This document shows, piece by piece, positions 25,601-36,624 of a stretch of 64,000 nt of DNA. The stretch covers positions 57,910,001 through 57,974,000 of the forward strand of contig NC_086108.1 in NCBI RefSeq assembly GCF_963921235.1. Direction: 5' to 3'. Under the pieces are notes generated by a model. That model did no database searches. It had not been told where the DNA came from and was given only the letters and a program-made list of their open reading frames with translations. Position numbers and translations under genes: made by a program. This DNA is from Mobula hypostoma. Its lineage: Eukaryota. Within the stretch, counting starts at the first letter, position 1; each line of letters opens with the position of its first letter.

Positions 25601-26580
25601 CAGGCAAGAGTTGGTATGTTTCATCAACAACCTCTCAAAATACTTCATCACAGTGGTTGTTAATCATTGAGGCAGGTTACTGGATGATAGTCATTGAAGC
25701 AGGTTATCACATTCTTCTTAGGGACCATATAAGTGAAGCTTGCTTGAATCAGGTATATACCTCAGACTGAAGCAAGAGGTTAAAGATCTCAGTGAACACT
25801 CCGGCCAGTTGATCAGCACAGATCATCAGTACTTGGCCAGGTACCCTACCTGGGACAGGTGCTTTTCATGGGTTCACCCTGAACATCAGCCTTAGGGGCT
25901 GAAAACACTGGGTTATCTGGGGCTTGGGAGTTTGTGATGCTCAAACCAAGCATAGAAGGCATTGATCTCATCTGGAAATGAAGCATGCTTGATTTAACTT
26001 GATAAGAAGTGATAATATTCAAGTCCTGCCACAACTGTCGAGCTTCCTTCATTGTTTCAATCTGAGTCTCGAATTGCCACCTCACCCGTGAGGTGGCTTT
26101 CTGGAGATCATACCTATACCTCTTGTAACTTGCTTGGTCACCAGACTTGAATCCCTCTGATCAGGCCCTCAGCGGATTGCAAATCTCATGGTTCATCCAG
26201 GGCTTCTGGTTGGGGAAGACTAAATGATCTTGCGGGAACACACTCATCTACAACTGTTTTTATAAAGTCCTTGACATTCATGGTGTATTCATTCAGATTC
26301 ACAGATGAGTACTTGAACATGGCCCTGTTCACCAACTCAAAGCCATCCTGTAGCCACTCCTCTGCCTCCCATGACCACCTGTTTGATGTCCTTATCTCTG
26401 GAGCCTTGCTCTTTAGCCTTTGCCTGAATGCCAGTTGGAGAAGGACAGCCAAGTGATCAGATTTCCTGAAATTCCATCAGGACATGGAGTCATAGCCATT
26501 TCTTATCTTAGTATGACGGTGGTCTAATGTGTTGGAACCTCTGGTGCTACAGGTTATATCCAGATGATGTTTAGGCAGAG
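22670..26580 (-). mobile_element. Decayed Rex1/Babar-like LINE, with a Tc1 inserted in its 3' tail
   Basis: Minus ORFs: [22 protein letters not shown]...[44 protein letters not shown]. Confidence 0.8.
22707..24329 (+). mobile_element. Tc1-family DNA transposon, full length, inactive
   Basis: TIR cagtgcttataaaaagtattc... / ...gaatactttttatacaactc, ~210 bp each; flanks TG and TA. Transposase remnant ~23094-24093 with SDETKIEL, KHGGGCIMLWGCF, DND, WSSQSPDLNPIRNLW (catalytic E lost) and AAKGASTKY; stops and frameshifts. Confidence 0.9.
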
Positions 26581-26589
26581 ATTTCTCCA

Positions 26590-28003
26590 TAGCCATAAAT
26601 GAAGTGCAGTGGATAGGGAGAACTGCTCTAAGAATAACCTAGGAAATTATAAGCCAGTGAGCCTGAAATCAGTAGTGGATAAGTTATTGGATGGTATTTT
26701 AACTGATCAATATATAGGAATTTGGATAGAAAAGGATTGATTAGGGTTAGGCATCATGGCTTTTTGCATGTAGGTCATGTTGAGCCAAACTTATAGAGTT
26801 TATAGGAAGTTACCAGAAACATTTTTAAAGGCAAAGCAGTGGTTGGTATTTGTACGGTCTTTGACAAGATCCTGCATAGGAGTTAGTCAAGAGCGTTGAG
26901 TCTCTTAGCATTCAAGGTGAAGTAGTAAATTGGGTTAGACATTGAATTCATGGGAAAAGCTAAATGTTTGACTCTCTGACTGGAGGCCTGTGACTAGTCG
27001 TGTACTGCAGGGATCAGTTCTGGGTCCATTGTTGTTTGTCATCTGTATCAAAGATCTGGATGATAATGTGGTAAACTGGATCAGCAAATTTGCTGATGAC
27101 ACCAAGATTGAGGGTGTAGTGGGCAGCGAGGAAGACTATCAAAACTTGCAGCAGGATCTGGACCAACTGGAAAGGAGTTGAAAAATGGAAGATGGAATTG
27201 AAAGCAAACAAGTATGAAGTATTGCACTTTGGGAAGTCAAACCAGGATAGGACTTGCACTGTGAGTGATGGGACACAAGAGAGAGGTAGAACAGAGGGAT
27301 CTGGGAATACAGATTCATAATTCCTTGCAAGTGGTGTCACGATAGATAACGTTGTAAAGAAACCTTTTGACACATTAACCTCCATAAATCAAAGTATTTG
27401 GTACAGGAGTTGGGATGTTATGTTGAAGTTGTATAAGACATTGCTGAGGCCTACTTTGAGTATTGTGTTCAGTTTTGGTCACCTACATGCAGGAATGTCA
27501 AAAAGTTGTCAAAAAGTTTGAAAGAGTGCAGAGAAATTTTACAAGGCTGTTTCCAGGACTTGAGGACCTGGGTTACAGGGAAAGGTTGAAAAGATTACGA
27601 CTTTATTCCCTGGTGTGTAGGACAATGACAGGATATTTGATGAAAGTATGTAAAATTAAGAGGGTTATAGACAGGGTAATTGCAAGCAGGCTTTTTCCAC
27701 TGAGAGTGGGTGAGCCTAGGACTAGAGGTTATGGGTTAAATGTGAAAGGTAGAATGTTTAAAGGGACATGAGAACAAACTTCTTCACTAAGGGGGTGGTG
27801 AGAGTGTGGAATGAGCAGCCAGTGCAAGTGATGGATTTGGGTTCGATTTCAACATTTGAAAGAAATTAGGGTCGGTACATGGATGGGAGGTTTATAGAGG
27901 GGTATGGACCAGGTGCAGGTTGATGGGAATAGGCAGATTAGTAGTTCTGCAAGGATTAGATGGGCTGAAGGGCCTGTTTGTGTGCTGTGGTGTTCTATAA
28001 CTC
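26590..28003 (+). mobile_element. 5'-truncated CR1 LINE
   Basis: QGSVLGPLLF...ISKFADDTKI (26990-27181), ERVQRNFTR, and a CR1 tail ending gttctataactc. Confidence 0.85.
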
Positions 28004-29089
28004 AATCAAAGGTGATGATGGGATACTGTGGGATGGTTTCTCAAGCAAATTGCCAAGGTTATGTGGCAGAATGCCTCTCTGCCAGAGCTTGCAATCAAGC
28101 ATCAAACCTCACTAAGTAAAAAGGGTTATTGCCTTTGTGTGCTTATTCAGGGCATCAAACCTATCACAGTGTTGTTGAGATTGCTGCCATGCAGATGGAT
28201 TAATCAATCACATCCTCATGAACCGTGCCAGAAATTCTGGAAATGGATGCAGTAGCCCTTGCATCTGTGCAGCAAAAGATTCTGTGCTGTAGGGGTTTTT
28301 CCAAGGGATGCGTACTGAGCCGAACATCAACTGCACCTGGAATATCATCGATTCAATACAAGATGCACTTGTTATGCCGGAAACTTGCTAGTGTTTCAGA
28401 GTAATGAAGTGTGCACAAGTAAGTATTGCTCACTGGCATTTTCCAAGGTGCTAGGCTATGTGCTGGGGGAAACCTTGCAGCTTGGATAACCCATTGCAGG
28501 ATCAAGTGGAGGACCATCGTCTAGGGTCCTGTCATCGCTGGACGCTGCAGGGCTGGGCCATGTGTAACGGCCTTTCAAATGCTTCAATGGGCATTGTTAG
28601 AAGGAAATGTGAGTGTCATTGACAAGTTGAAATGCAATATATTAATGTGTTGGTACAATATAAATGGACATTTCCAAATTGTATTTACTATATATAATGA
28701 ATACAGTATATTGTATAAAAATTATCTTTCATACTGCTCCCATTTGGGCCCCTCAACTTCCTCCTTACCCAGAAGTCACGATCTGACACATTCATGACCT
28801 GATAACGATCTTGACACTTGCATCCCCATCTGATCACAACCCCTACACCATTTCCCATGCTACTCTAACCAGCATCCACCTGCAGCACTTTCACCGCACA
28901 CCAGAAACATCTGTAGTGCTGAAATATTGAAGAAACTTTGATTAGCATGTTGCAATTGACAATTTTCTCCAACGATCTTCTAAAAAGAATATGTTGGCTG
29001 TAAGTTGATGGAAGCTCTTCCTATTGATTGTGCATACATGATAGTATTTTATAAAGAAAGTTTGCAGTGATTTATAGAATTACAAAAAT

Positions 29090-30190
29090 CAGGTTTATCA
29101 CTTACTTATATGTCATGAAATTTATTGCCTTTAGCAGCAACAGTACAATGCAAAGACGTAAAAATAGCTATAAACTATGAAATAAATAAACAGTATAAAA
29201 ATAAAGGATCTCAAGATGTTCTGATGAATCAAAATCAACAAATTAATTTTGAAGTGTAATCACTATTATAATGTAGGTGAAGAATTATTGCTCCATTTGA
29301 TGTTATTGTTATTTCTCTAAATCAAAGTTGAGTTTTTACTCATATGCACAAGCATATGTATGTATATTTGCAAAGTAAAACTTGCAGCAGCATCACGAGC
29401 ACATAGCTTCATATAAGCAGCGTTCACAAGCAAAACATTCACTAAGTGTAAAGCATACACAGTTTTTACCAGAATGAACTCAGAGCAATAAGGAGACCAT
29501 TTTAGTGGAAAGTGATTGTGGTGGTAATAGTGTTGCCGAACTGAAGGTATTGGGGTTTTGCTAGTTAGCTCAGTAACTGAATGGTTGAAGGGAAATAGCT
29601 GTTCTTGAAGCTGATGGTGTGGGACTTCAGGCTTCTGTACTTCGGGTTGCTGGTGGCTGGAAAAAGATGGCATGCCCCAGATCATGGGAATCTTTGGCAG
29701 TGCCTTCTTGAGGTAGCATCTCCTGTAGTTATTACTGATGATAGGGAGGATGTGTCTGTGTATTGGGCCTAGTTCATGACTCTCTGCAGCGTCTTACATT
29801 CCTGCACATTTGAATGCAAAGTCAAGATACTTTCAACAGTACACATGTCGAAGTTTGTTTAAATGATCGTTGACAAGTCCAACATCCTCATTCTCCTAAG
29901 GAAGTAAAGATGCTGGTGCATCATTCTAGTGATTACATCTATGTGCTGGGCCAGGACAGTTTATCTGATATGTTAATACCCAAGAATGTGAAGCTGCTGA
30001 CTCTTTCCGCTACTGATCTCCCAATGTATACTCGCCCTCCTTCCCTTTCCTGAAATCAACAGTCAGCTCCTTTACTTTACTAATGTTGAGCTGGAGGTTA
30101 TGTTGCAGCACCACTCAGTCAGGTGTCCTATATTGTTCAGGTAATGTGATTCATCACCACCTTTGAGATGTCCAGCAACAGTGGTGGTAT
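29090..30190 (-). mobile_element. Rex1/Babar-like LINE 3' fragments (probably two adjacent or nested)
   Basis: Reverse-strand similarity to 24330-25230 and 11770-12250. Confidence 0.55.
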
Positions 30191-31654
30191 TAAGGTAAGT
30201 GATAAGCTATGATCTCATTAAATATTGGAGTTTGCATCCATGGCTTACTCCTACTTTGATTCCTATCTCTGTAGTAGTCTCGTCATTCAGCCACTAATGA
30301 TTATTAATGATATCCCAACCTTCTCAAAACAATTTCATGATTTCTATGTCAGACACATGCAGTCAAAATCGTCTAATCCTCATGTAAAATGGTTCCACTG
30401 CTTTATCTTCTTGATCCTCTTATATTTGGTTTTATGTCCCTTTATTGTAGATTTCTCTATCACAGGAAACAGCCCATTTAAGAAAGATGTCAAGAAAGTT
30501 ATATAAATATTGTCCACTCAGCAACTGGACTCTAAGATGAATGGTGTTGGCCAGAACACTAATCTTTGTATATATAAAAAGCACGTAAATAGTGCAATTA
30601 TGGAAAAGGTGCCTAGAGATCAGACTTTCACATATGTAAAATACTGGGCAGGAGCTGTGTCTGGCTCTAATGCTTAAGAAGAAGTTACTAAAGTATCACA
30701 AAATTTGGAGAATCTTTTGAGAAATTGTATTCATGGTTTGTGGCTTTAAAAAAAATACTTTAAAGCCTCACCTGTGACTTTCACAATCACTGTCACTTGC
30801 TTGGTAGATAGCAGCAGTCATTTGCTGTAGAGATGAGTCAAACAATGGGATGTGGTTGGCTGAGGAGAATTTGGGGAACAGGCAGCACCAGCATCAAAAT
30901 CTCACAAGGGCAACCTGCTATAAGACTGGAACAAGATGATCACACCTTGTGCCTATGTCCCACTGTCAGCGCACAGCCAGTGAGGAAAATGTGGACTGCA
31001 TTTATCGTCCACAGAAAGTTTAATCTGTTTCCAGGACTACCAGCAAAAACATTTAAATGAATAAAACTTAACTCTGAAGAATGATATCCTGGGGATACAG
31101 TTTAAATTACACGTTGTTCACTCCTTGTTGAACAGTGAATTAATAAGGCAAGTCTGTAAGTCACTATCGTTTGATCCATTTTCTGTCAGTAGCTAATTAA
31201 TACATACTTCACACTTCAGTGTTATCATTATTTGTGCCAGCTTTGATGGGGAAATAGTATTAGTATCAGGATGAACTGCCTAGTCTAGTTTGTGAAGGAT
31301 GGAATTTCCATGGAAGGTGTGTACAAAGACTTCAAAATGTGCCCAAAATCATGCTTAATACTGTACACCATTTTTGTATCAAAAGGGGCACAGTTTTTTT
31401 TTCTCTGTGTTAATTTCAGGGCTGGCCAGTGTTCTAGAAAAATAAGATCAAATGACTATTAGACATTCTTCATTCAAAGATAGGTTATGACCTTGTGAAA
31501 TATTTCTGGTCTAAGTCAACAACTATCCCTTAACCATCAGTAAAAACAAGTTATTCATAATTCAATAATTTACTGCTTATATAATTAAACTGTGTACAAC
31601 CAAAGTCATGTAATAGTGTGTGTCGCTATCTGAATTAATCATTTTATAACATAC

Positions 31655-31941
31655 TGTAGCGATGTGCTACACACAGCGCTAGAATAACCACACGGAGTCG
31701 GTGAGTTAGAGTTGCGATGAAAGGGATTTATTCAAACATCACGGCCCGCTTTAAAGCCTTCCCGTTCCAGCCCTCCCTGGGCAGGACTACTGTGGGGAAT
31801 GTATATTCCCAGACCCTTTCTGCGCACGGGATTTTCCCCCTGCTGGTGAAGATGGCCTGGCGCCCTTTTTGCTGCCGGCCCTCTGCCTGCGCGCGCTGTT
31901 TCGTGAGCTGGTTCGTGGGTGCCAGAAAGTGGGTCGCCACA
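31655..31941 (-). repeat. 3' LTR (287 bp)
   Basis: Direct repeat of 35749-36034; 10 substitutions and 1 indel by manual comparison; minus-strand AATAAA at 31727-31732. Confidence 0.97.
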
Positions 31942-31944
31942 TAA

Positions 31945-31956
31945 CCCCCCCCCCCC
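31945..31956 (-). promoter_or_regulatory. Polypurine tract (G12)
   Basis: Run of 12 G on the minus strand, 3 nt before the 3' LTR. Confidence 0.85.
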
Positions 31957-34892
31957 AGAACCGGTGATACCTCCCCCAATGTCCACAGTCTGGATCGGCC
32001 TCTGTTTGGGAGGTCTGCCCCTGCGCCGCAGTGCCTGAGCCTGGACCGGTTGCGCCAAGTCCACATGGGCCAGTTTGAGTCGGTCCACCGTGAAAACCTC
32101 CTCTCTCCCCCCAATGCCCAGCACGAACGTGGACCCGTTGTTCCTGATCACCTTAAACGGCCCCTCGTAGGGCCGCTGTAGCGGTGCCCGGTGTCCACCC
32201 CGTCGTACAAAAAGAAACTTACAGTTCTGCAGGTCTTTGGGTACGCAGATCGGGCTCTGTCCGTGCTGTGAAGTGGGTATGGGGGCCAGGGTACTGAGCC
32301 TCTCTCGTAGTCTGTCCAGGACTGCTGTGGGTTCTTCCTCTTGCCCCCTTGGGGCTGGTATGAACTCTCCTGGGACGACCAGGGGCGCGCCGTACACCAA
32401 CTCGGCCGACGAGGTGTGTAGATCCTCTTTGGGCGCCGTGCGGATTCCGAGCAGGACCCAGGGAAGTTCCTCCACCCAGTTAGGCCCCTCCAGGCGGGCC
32501 ATGAGAGCTGATTTCAGGTGACGGTGGAAGCGCTCCACTAGTCCGTTCGACTGTGGGTGGTAGGCAGTTGTGTGGTGTAGCTGTGTTCCTAAAAGTCTGG
32601 CCATAGCCGACCACAGGCTGGAGGTGAACTGGGCGCCCCTGTCGGAGGTAATGTGGGCCGGTACCCCAAAGCATGCTACCCAGGTTGCGATCAGTGCTCG
32701 GGCGCAGGATTCGGAGGTGGTGTCGCTGAGCGGGACTGCCTCTGGCCATCTGGTGAACCGGTCTATCATAGTTAGTAGGTACCGCGCTCCTCGTGACACT
32801 GGCAGGGGCCCCACGATATCCACATGGATGTGGTCGAACCTCCGGCGGGTGGGTTCGAACCGCTGCGGTGGAGCCTTGGTGTGCTGCTGCACCTTGGCCG
32901 TTTGGCACTGCATACACGTTTTGGCCCATTCACTGACCTGTTTACAAAGTCCATGCCACACGAACCTGTTGGAGACCAGCCGGACAGTTGTCCTGATGGA
33001 GGGGTGCGCTAAGTTGTAAATGGATTTGAACACCCGCCAGCGCCAGGCTGCTGGGACGACGGGGCGGGGTTGGCCAGTAGCTACGTCACATAGTAGGGTC
33101 CTCTCACCTGGGCCTATGGGGAGGTCTTGGAGCTGCAAACCGGAGACTGCAGTCCTGTAACTGGGGATCTCAGCGTCTGCCTGCTGTGCCTCTGCCAGCG
33201 CTGCATAGTCCACCCCCTGGGACAGGGCCTGTATGGTAGGTCTGGAAAGTGCGTCTGCCACGACATTGTTCTTTCCAGAGACATGCCGGATGTCCGTCGT
33301 GTACTCGGAGATGTAGGACAGATGTCGCTGCTGGTGGGACGACCAGGGGTCGGACACCTTAGTGAACGCAAAGGTAAGCGGTTTGTGGTCGGTGAACGCG
33401 GTGAAGGGCCTACCTTCTAAGTAGTACCTGAAATGCCGGATTGCCAGGTATAGTGCCAATAGCTCCCGGTCGAAAGCACTGTATTTGAGTTCGGGTGGTC
33501 GTAGGTGTTTGCTGAAGAACGCCAGGGGTTGCCAGCGACCCTCGATGAGTTGTTCCAGCACTCCATCGACTGCTGTGTTGGATGCGTCCACCGTGAGGGC
33601 AGTAGGAACATCCATTCTGGGGTGCACTAGCATCGCGGCGTTTGCCAAGGCTTCTTTGGTTTTAACGAAAGCGGTTGCGGCCTCTTCGTTCCAGGTAACA
33701 TCCTTGCCCTTACCCGACATTAGAGTGAACAAGGGGCGCATGGTTCGGGCTGCTGAGGGGAGGAAACGGTGGTAGAAATTCACCATACCCACGAATTCCT
33801 GCAAGCCTTTGATTGTGTTGGGTCGGGGGAAGTGGCGGACCGCGTCTACCTTGGCGGGCAGCGGGGTTGCCCCGTCTTTAGTAATCCTGTGGCCCAGGAA
33901 GTCGATGGTGTCGAGTCCGAACTGGCATTTGGCTGGATTGATTGTAAGGCCGAATTCACTCAGGCGGGAGTAGAGCTGGCGGAGGTGGGACAGATGCTCC
34001 TGCCGACTACTGCTGGCTATGAGGATGTCGTCCAAATAGATGAATGCAAAGTCCAGGTCGCATCCCACCACGTCCATTAGCCGCTGGAAAGTCTGTGCGG
34101 CATTCTTTAGACCAAACGGCATTCGGAGGAATTCGAAAAGTCTGAATGGGGTGATAAGTGCTGTTTTGGGGATGTCGTCCAGATGTACAGGGATTTGATG
34201 GTATCCCCGGACGAGGTCTACCTTGGAAGAGATCCTTGCGCCGTGTAGGTTTGCTGCGAAGTCTTGAATGTGCGGCACAGGGTAGCGGTCTGGCGTTGTA
34301 GCCTCGTTCAGTCTGCGGTAGTCACCGCATGGTCTCCAGCCCCCCGTTGCCTTGGGCACCATGTGAAGGGGGGAGGCCCATGGGCTGTCGGACCGTCATA
34401 TGATCCCTAATTCCTCCATCTTCTTGAACTCCTCCTTCGCCAGTCGGAGCTTGTCCGGGGGAAGCCTTCGAGCATGGGTGTGGACAGGTGGTCCCTGGGT
34501 CGGGATGTGGTGCTGTACTCCGTGTCTGGGCATGGCTGCCGTGAACTGCGGTGTCAGTACTGATGGGAAATCCGCCAGGACCCTGGTGAATTCATCGTCG
34601 GACAGCGTGATGGAGTCCAGGTGTGGGGCTGGCAACTGTGCTTCACCCAGGGAGAACGTTTGAAAAGTCTTGGCGTGGACTAATCACTTCCCTTGCAAGT
34701 CGACCAGCAGGCTGTGGGCTCGTAGAAAATCTGCCCCCAGCAGTGGTTGGGCCACGGTGGCCAGTGTGAAGTCCCACGTGAACCAGCTGGAGCTGAACTG
34801 TAGCCGCACCGTGCGGGTGTCGTAGGTTGGTATTGTGCTACCATTAGCGGCCTTCAGGGTGGGTCCCGGTTCTCTGTTGCGGGTGTCGTAAC

Positions 34893-35708
34893 TCATTGGA
34901 GGTAAGACGCTGATCTCCGCTCCGGTGTCGACCAAAAAGCGGCGTCCCGACTGCTTGTCCTAGACGTACAGGAGGCTGTCCTGATGGCCAGCCGCCGTAG
35001 CGATCGGCGGCGGATGGCCCTGGCGTTTCCCAGGAATTTGCAGGGCGGTCTGCAGCGGTGGGCCTCCGTGCCCCACCACTGGTGGTAGGAACACCATTCT
35101 TCGTTGGGCTCCTCACTCCCGTCGCCGGGTTTTGTAGGCTCTGCTGCCGGGCCTGGTCTGGTCTGTCGTTGGGCACGCGGCTTGGTGATCTGTGCGACGG
35201 ATGCCCCTCTCTCTTTCTTGGCATTCCACAGCACATCTGCTCGGGCTGCCACCTCCCGGGGGTTGCTGAAATCTGCGTCGGACAGCAGCAGGCATATGTC
35301 CTCGGGCAGTTGCTCTAGGAACGCCTGCTCAAACATGAGGCAGGGTTTGTGTCCTTCAGCCAGGGCCAGCATCTCGTTCATTAATGCTGACGGCGGCCTG
35401 TCTCCCAAACCATCCAGGTGCATTAAGTGGCGTGCTCGTTCGCGCCGTGAGAGTCCGAAAGTCCTTATGAGCAGGGCTTTGAATGCTGTGTATTTGCCGT
35501 CCTCTGGGGGCGACTGTATAAACTCCTCAACTTGTGCAGCTGTCTCCTGGTCGAGAGAGCTCAGCACATAGTAGTAGCGAGTGGACTCCGAGGTTATCTG
35601 CCGAATGTGGAATTGTGCTTCTGCTTGTTCGAACCATAAATGAGGTCGCAGCGTCCAGAAGCTTGGCAGTTTTAATGAAACTGCGTGAACAGATGCAGCG
35701 TCAGTCAT
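34893..35708 (-). CDS. gag: Gypsy gag
   Basis: The first ATG after the PBS gives MTDAASVHAVSLKLPSFW...WFEQAEAQF; C-terminal knuckle CSYHQWWGTEAHRCRPPC; open frame. Confidence 0.85.
   Translation of the reverse strand: MTDAASVHAVSLKLPSFWTLRPHLWFEQAEAQFHIRQITSESTRYYYVLSSLDQETAAQVEEFIQSPPEDGKYTAFKALLIRTFGLSRRERARHLMHLDGLGDRPPSALMNEMLALAEGHKPCLMFEQAFLEQLPEDICLLLSDADFSNPREVAARADVLWNAKKERGASVAQITKPRAQRQTRPGPAAEPTKPGDGSEEPNEEWCSYHQWWGTEAHRCRPPCKFLGNARAIRRRSLRRLAIRTASCTSRTSSRDAAFWSTPERRSASYLQ
34986..35031 (-). promoter_or_regulatory. Predicted -1 ribosomal frameshift signal
   Basis: G GGA AAC (35031-35025) in the gag frame, a 5-nt spacer, then hairpin GGCCAtCCGCCG-10 nt-CGGCGGcTGGCC; pol is in the -1 frame. 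Confidence 0.8.
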
Positions 35709-35732
35709 CTCTGGTCCAAATATCGTTTGGGC

Positions 35733-35746
35733 CGTCGGGGTCACCA
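35733..35746 (-). promoter_or_regulatory. Primer binding site, tRNA-Trp
   Basis: Minus-strand TGGTGACCCCGACG lies 2 nt after the 5' LTR and is complementary to the vertebrate tRNA-Trp 3' end (CGTCGGGGTCACCA). Confidence 0.9.
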
Positions 35747-35748
35747 AT

Positions 35749-36034
35749 TGTAGCGATGTGCTACACACAGCGCTAGAATAACCACACGGAGTCGGTGAGT
35801 TAGAGTTGCGATGAAAGAGATTTATTCAAACTTCGCGGCCCGCTTTAAAGCCTTCCCGTTCCCGCCCTCCCTGTGCGGGACTCCTGTGGGGAATGTATAT
35901 TCCCAGACCCTTTCTGCGCGCGGGATTTTCCCCCGCTGGTGAAGATGGCCTGGTGCCCTTTTTGCTGCCGGCCCTCTGCCTGCGCGCGCTGTTTCGTGAG
36001 CCGGTTCGTGGGTGCCAGAAAGTGGGTCGCCACA
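35749..36034 (-). repeat. 5' LTR (286 bp)
   Basis: TGTGGCGAC...GCTACA on the minus strand, followed by the PBS. Confidence 0.97.
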
Positions 36035-36506
36035 ATACCTTAAGGTGCCATAGTACAAAAGTTTATATTAAAGTAGATTTTCACTGTCCATTTTTAGGTA
36101 TATTATGCAATAACACATTGAAACTTTGTTAAATATAATGATTGTAGCACCTCCTTTTTATGTTCCCATTGCAAATTAAAACATAAGTTGACTTCAAAGA
36201 ATTTTATGTCAATAATATCTCTGGTATAGGAACATCAAGCAACCTGCATCAAAGCTTTATTTCTATCCTATACTGAAAACAATGTTTCTTTTTCTGTTTA
36301 CTATGTAAGGAAAAGGAAGTTTCTTTGATAAACATTGTCATGAGTATAATCCATCACAAAAAATTCCAACGGATCATTCTGAAAATTCATTTTGAAGTTG
36401 CTTTAGTAGCACTACTAGCATCCATGGAGATAATTAATGATGGAATTCAACTTTAAAGAGCAGAGAAAGAGAAACATCCAATGTAATTTGTTTTTCAATG
36501 TTACAG

Positions 36507-36624
36507 CAATTGTTCAACTGCCAAGCCCTCCGCAAACTAAGTGTGCCAGACAATGATCTTTCCAATCTGCCCACCAGCATCGCCAGCTTGGTGAATCTAC
36601 GAGAACTGGACATCAGCAAAAATG
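36507..36624 (+). CDS. LRRC7: LRRC7 coding exon (118 bp)
   Basis: ttacAG|CAA...AAT G|gtaaga; [39 protein letters not shown](G); phase-0 start fits the previous exon. Confidence 0.95.

Larger units (their letters stand above)
31732..35031 (-). pseudogene. pol: Gypsy pol (PR-RT-RNaseH-IN), one frame with three nonsense codons
   Basis: FLVDTGA protease, YLDD RT, TVDAS RNase H, integrase VDIVG/SDRGAQF/VERFHR and GPF motif. In-frame stops at 34960-62 (TAG), 34684-86 and 34396-98 (TGA); the last 876 codons are open. Confidence 0.93.
31655..36034 (-). mobile_element. Ty3/Gypsy LTR retrotransposon, structurally complete
   Basis: Two TG...CA LTRs, 4-bp TSD ATAC (31651-31654, 36035-36038), primer binding site (PBS), polypurine tract (PPT), gag, and PR-RT-RH-IN order; CpG-rich relative to flanks. 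Confidence 0.98.

Noticed and set aside
32237..35776. Many + strand ORFs over the Gypsy element
   Set aside because: Antisense shadows of GC-rich gag/pol with no recognisable motifs; no env-like ORF seen.
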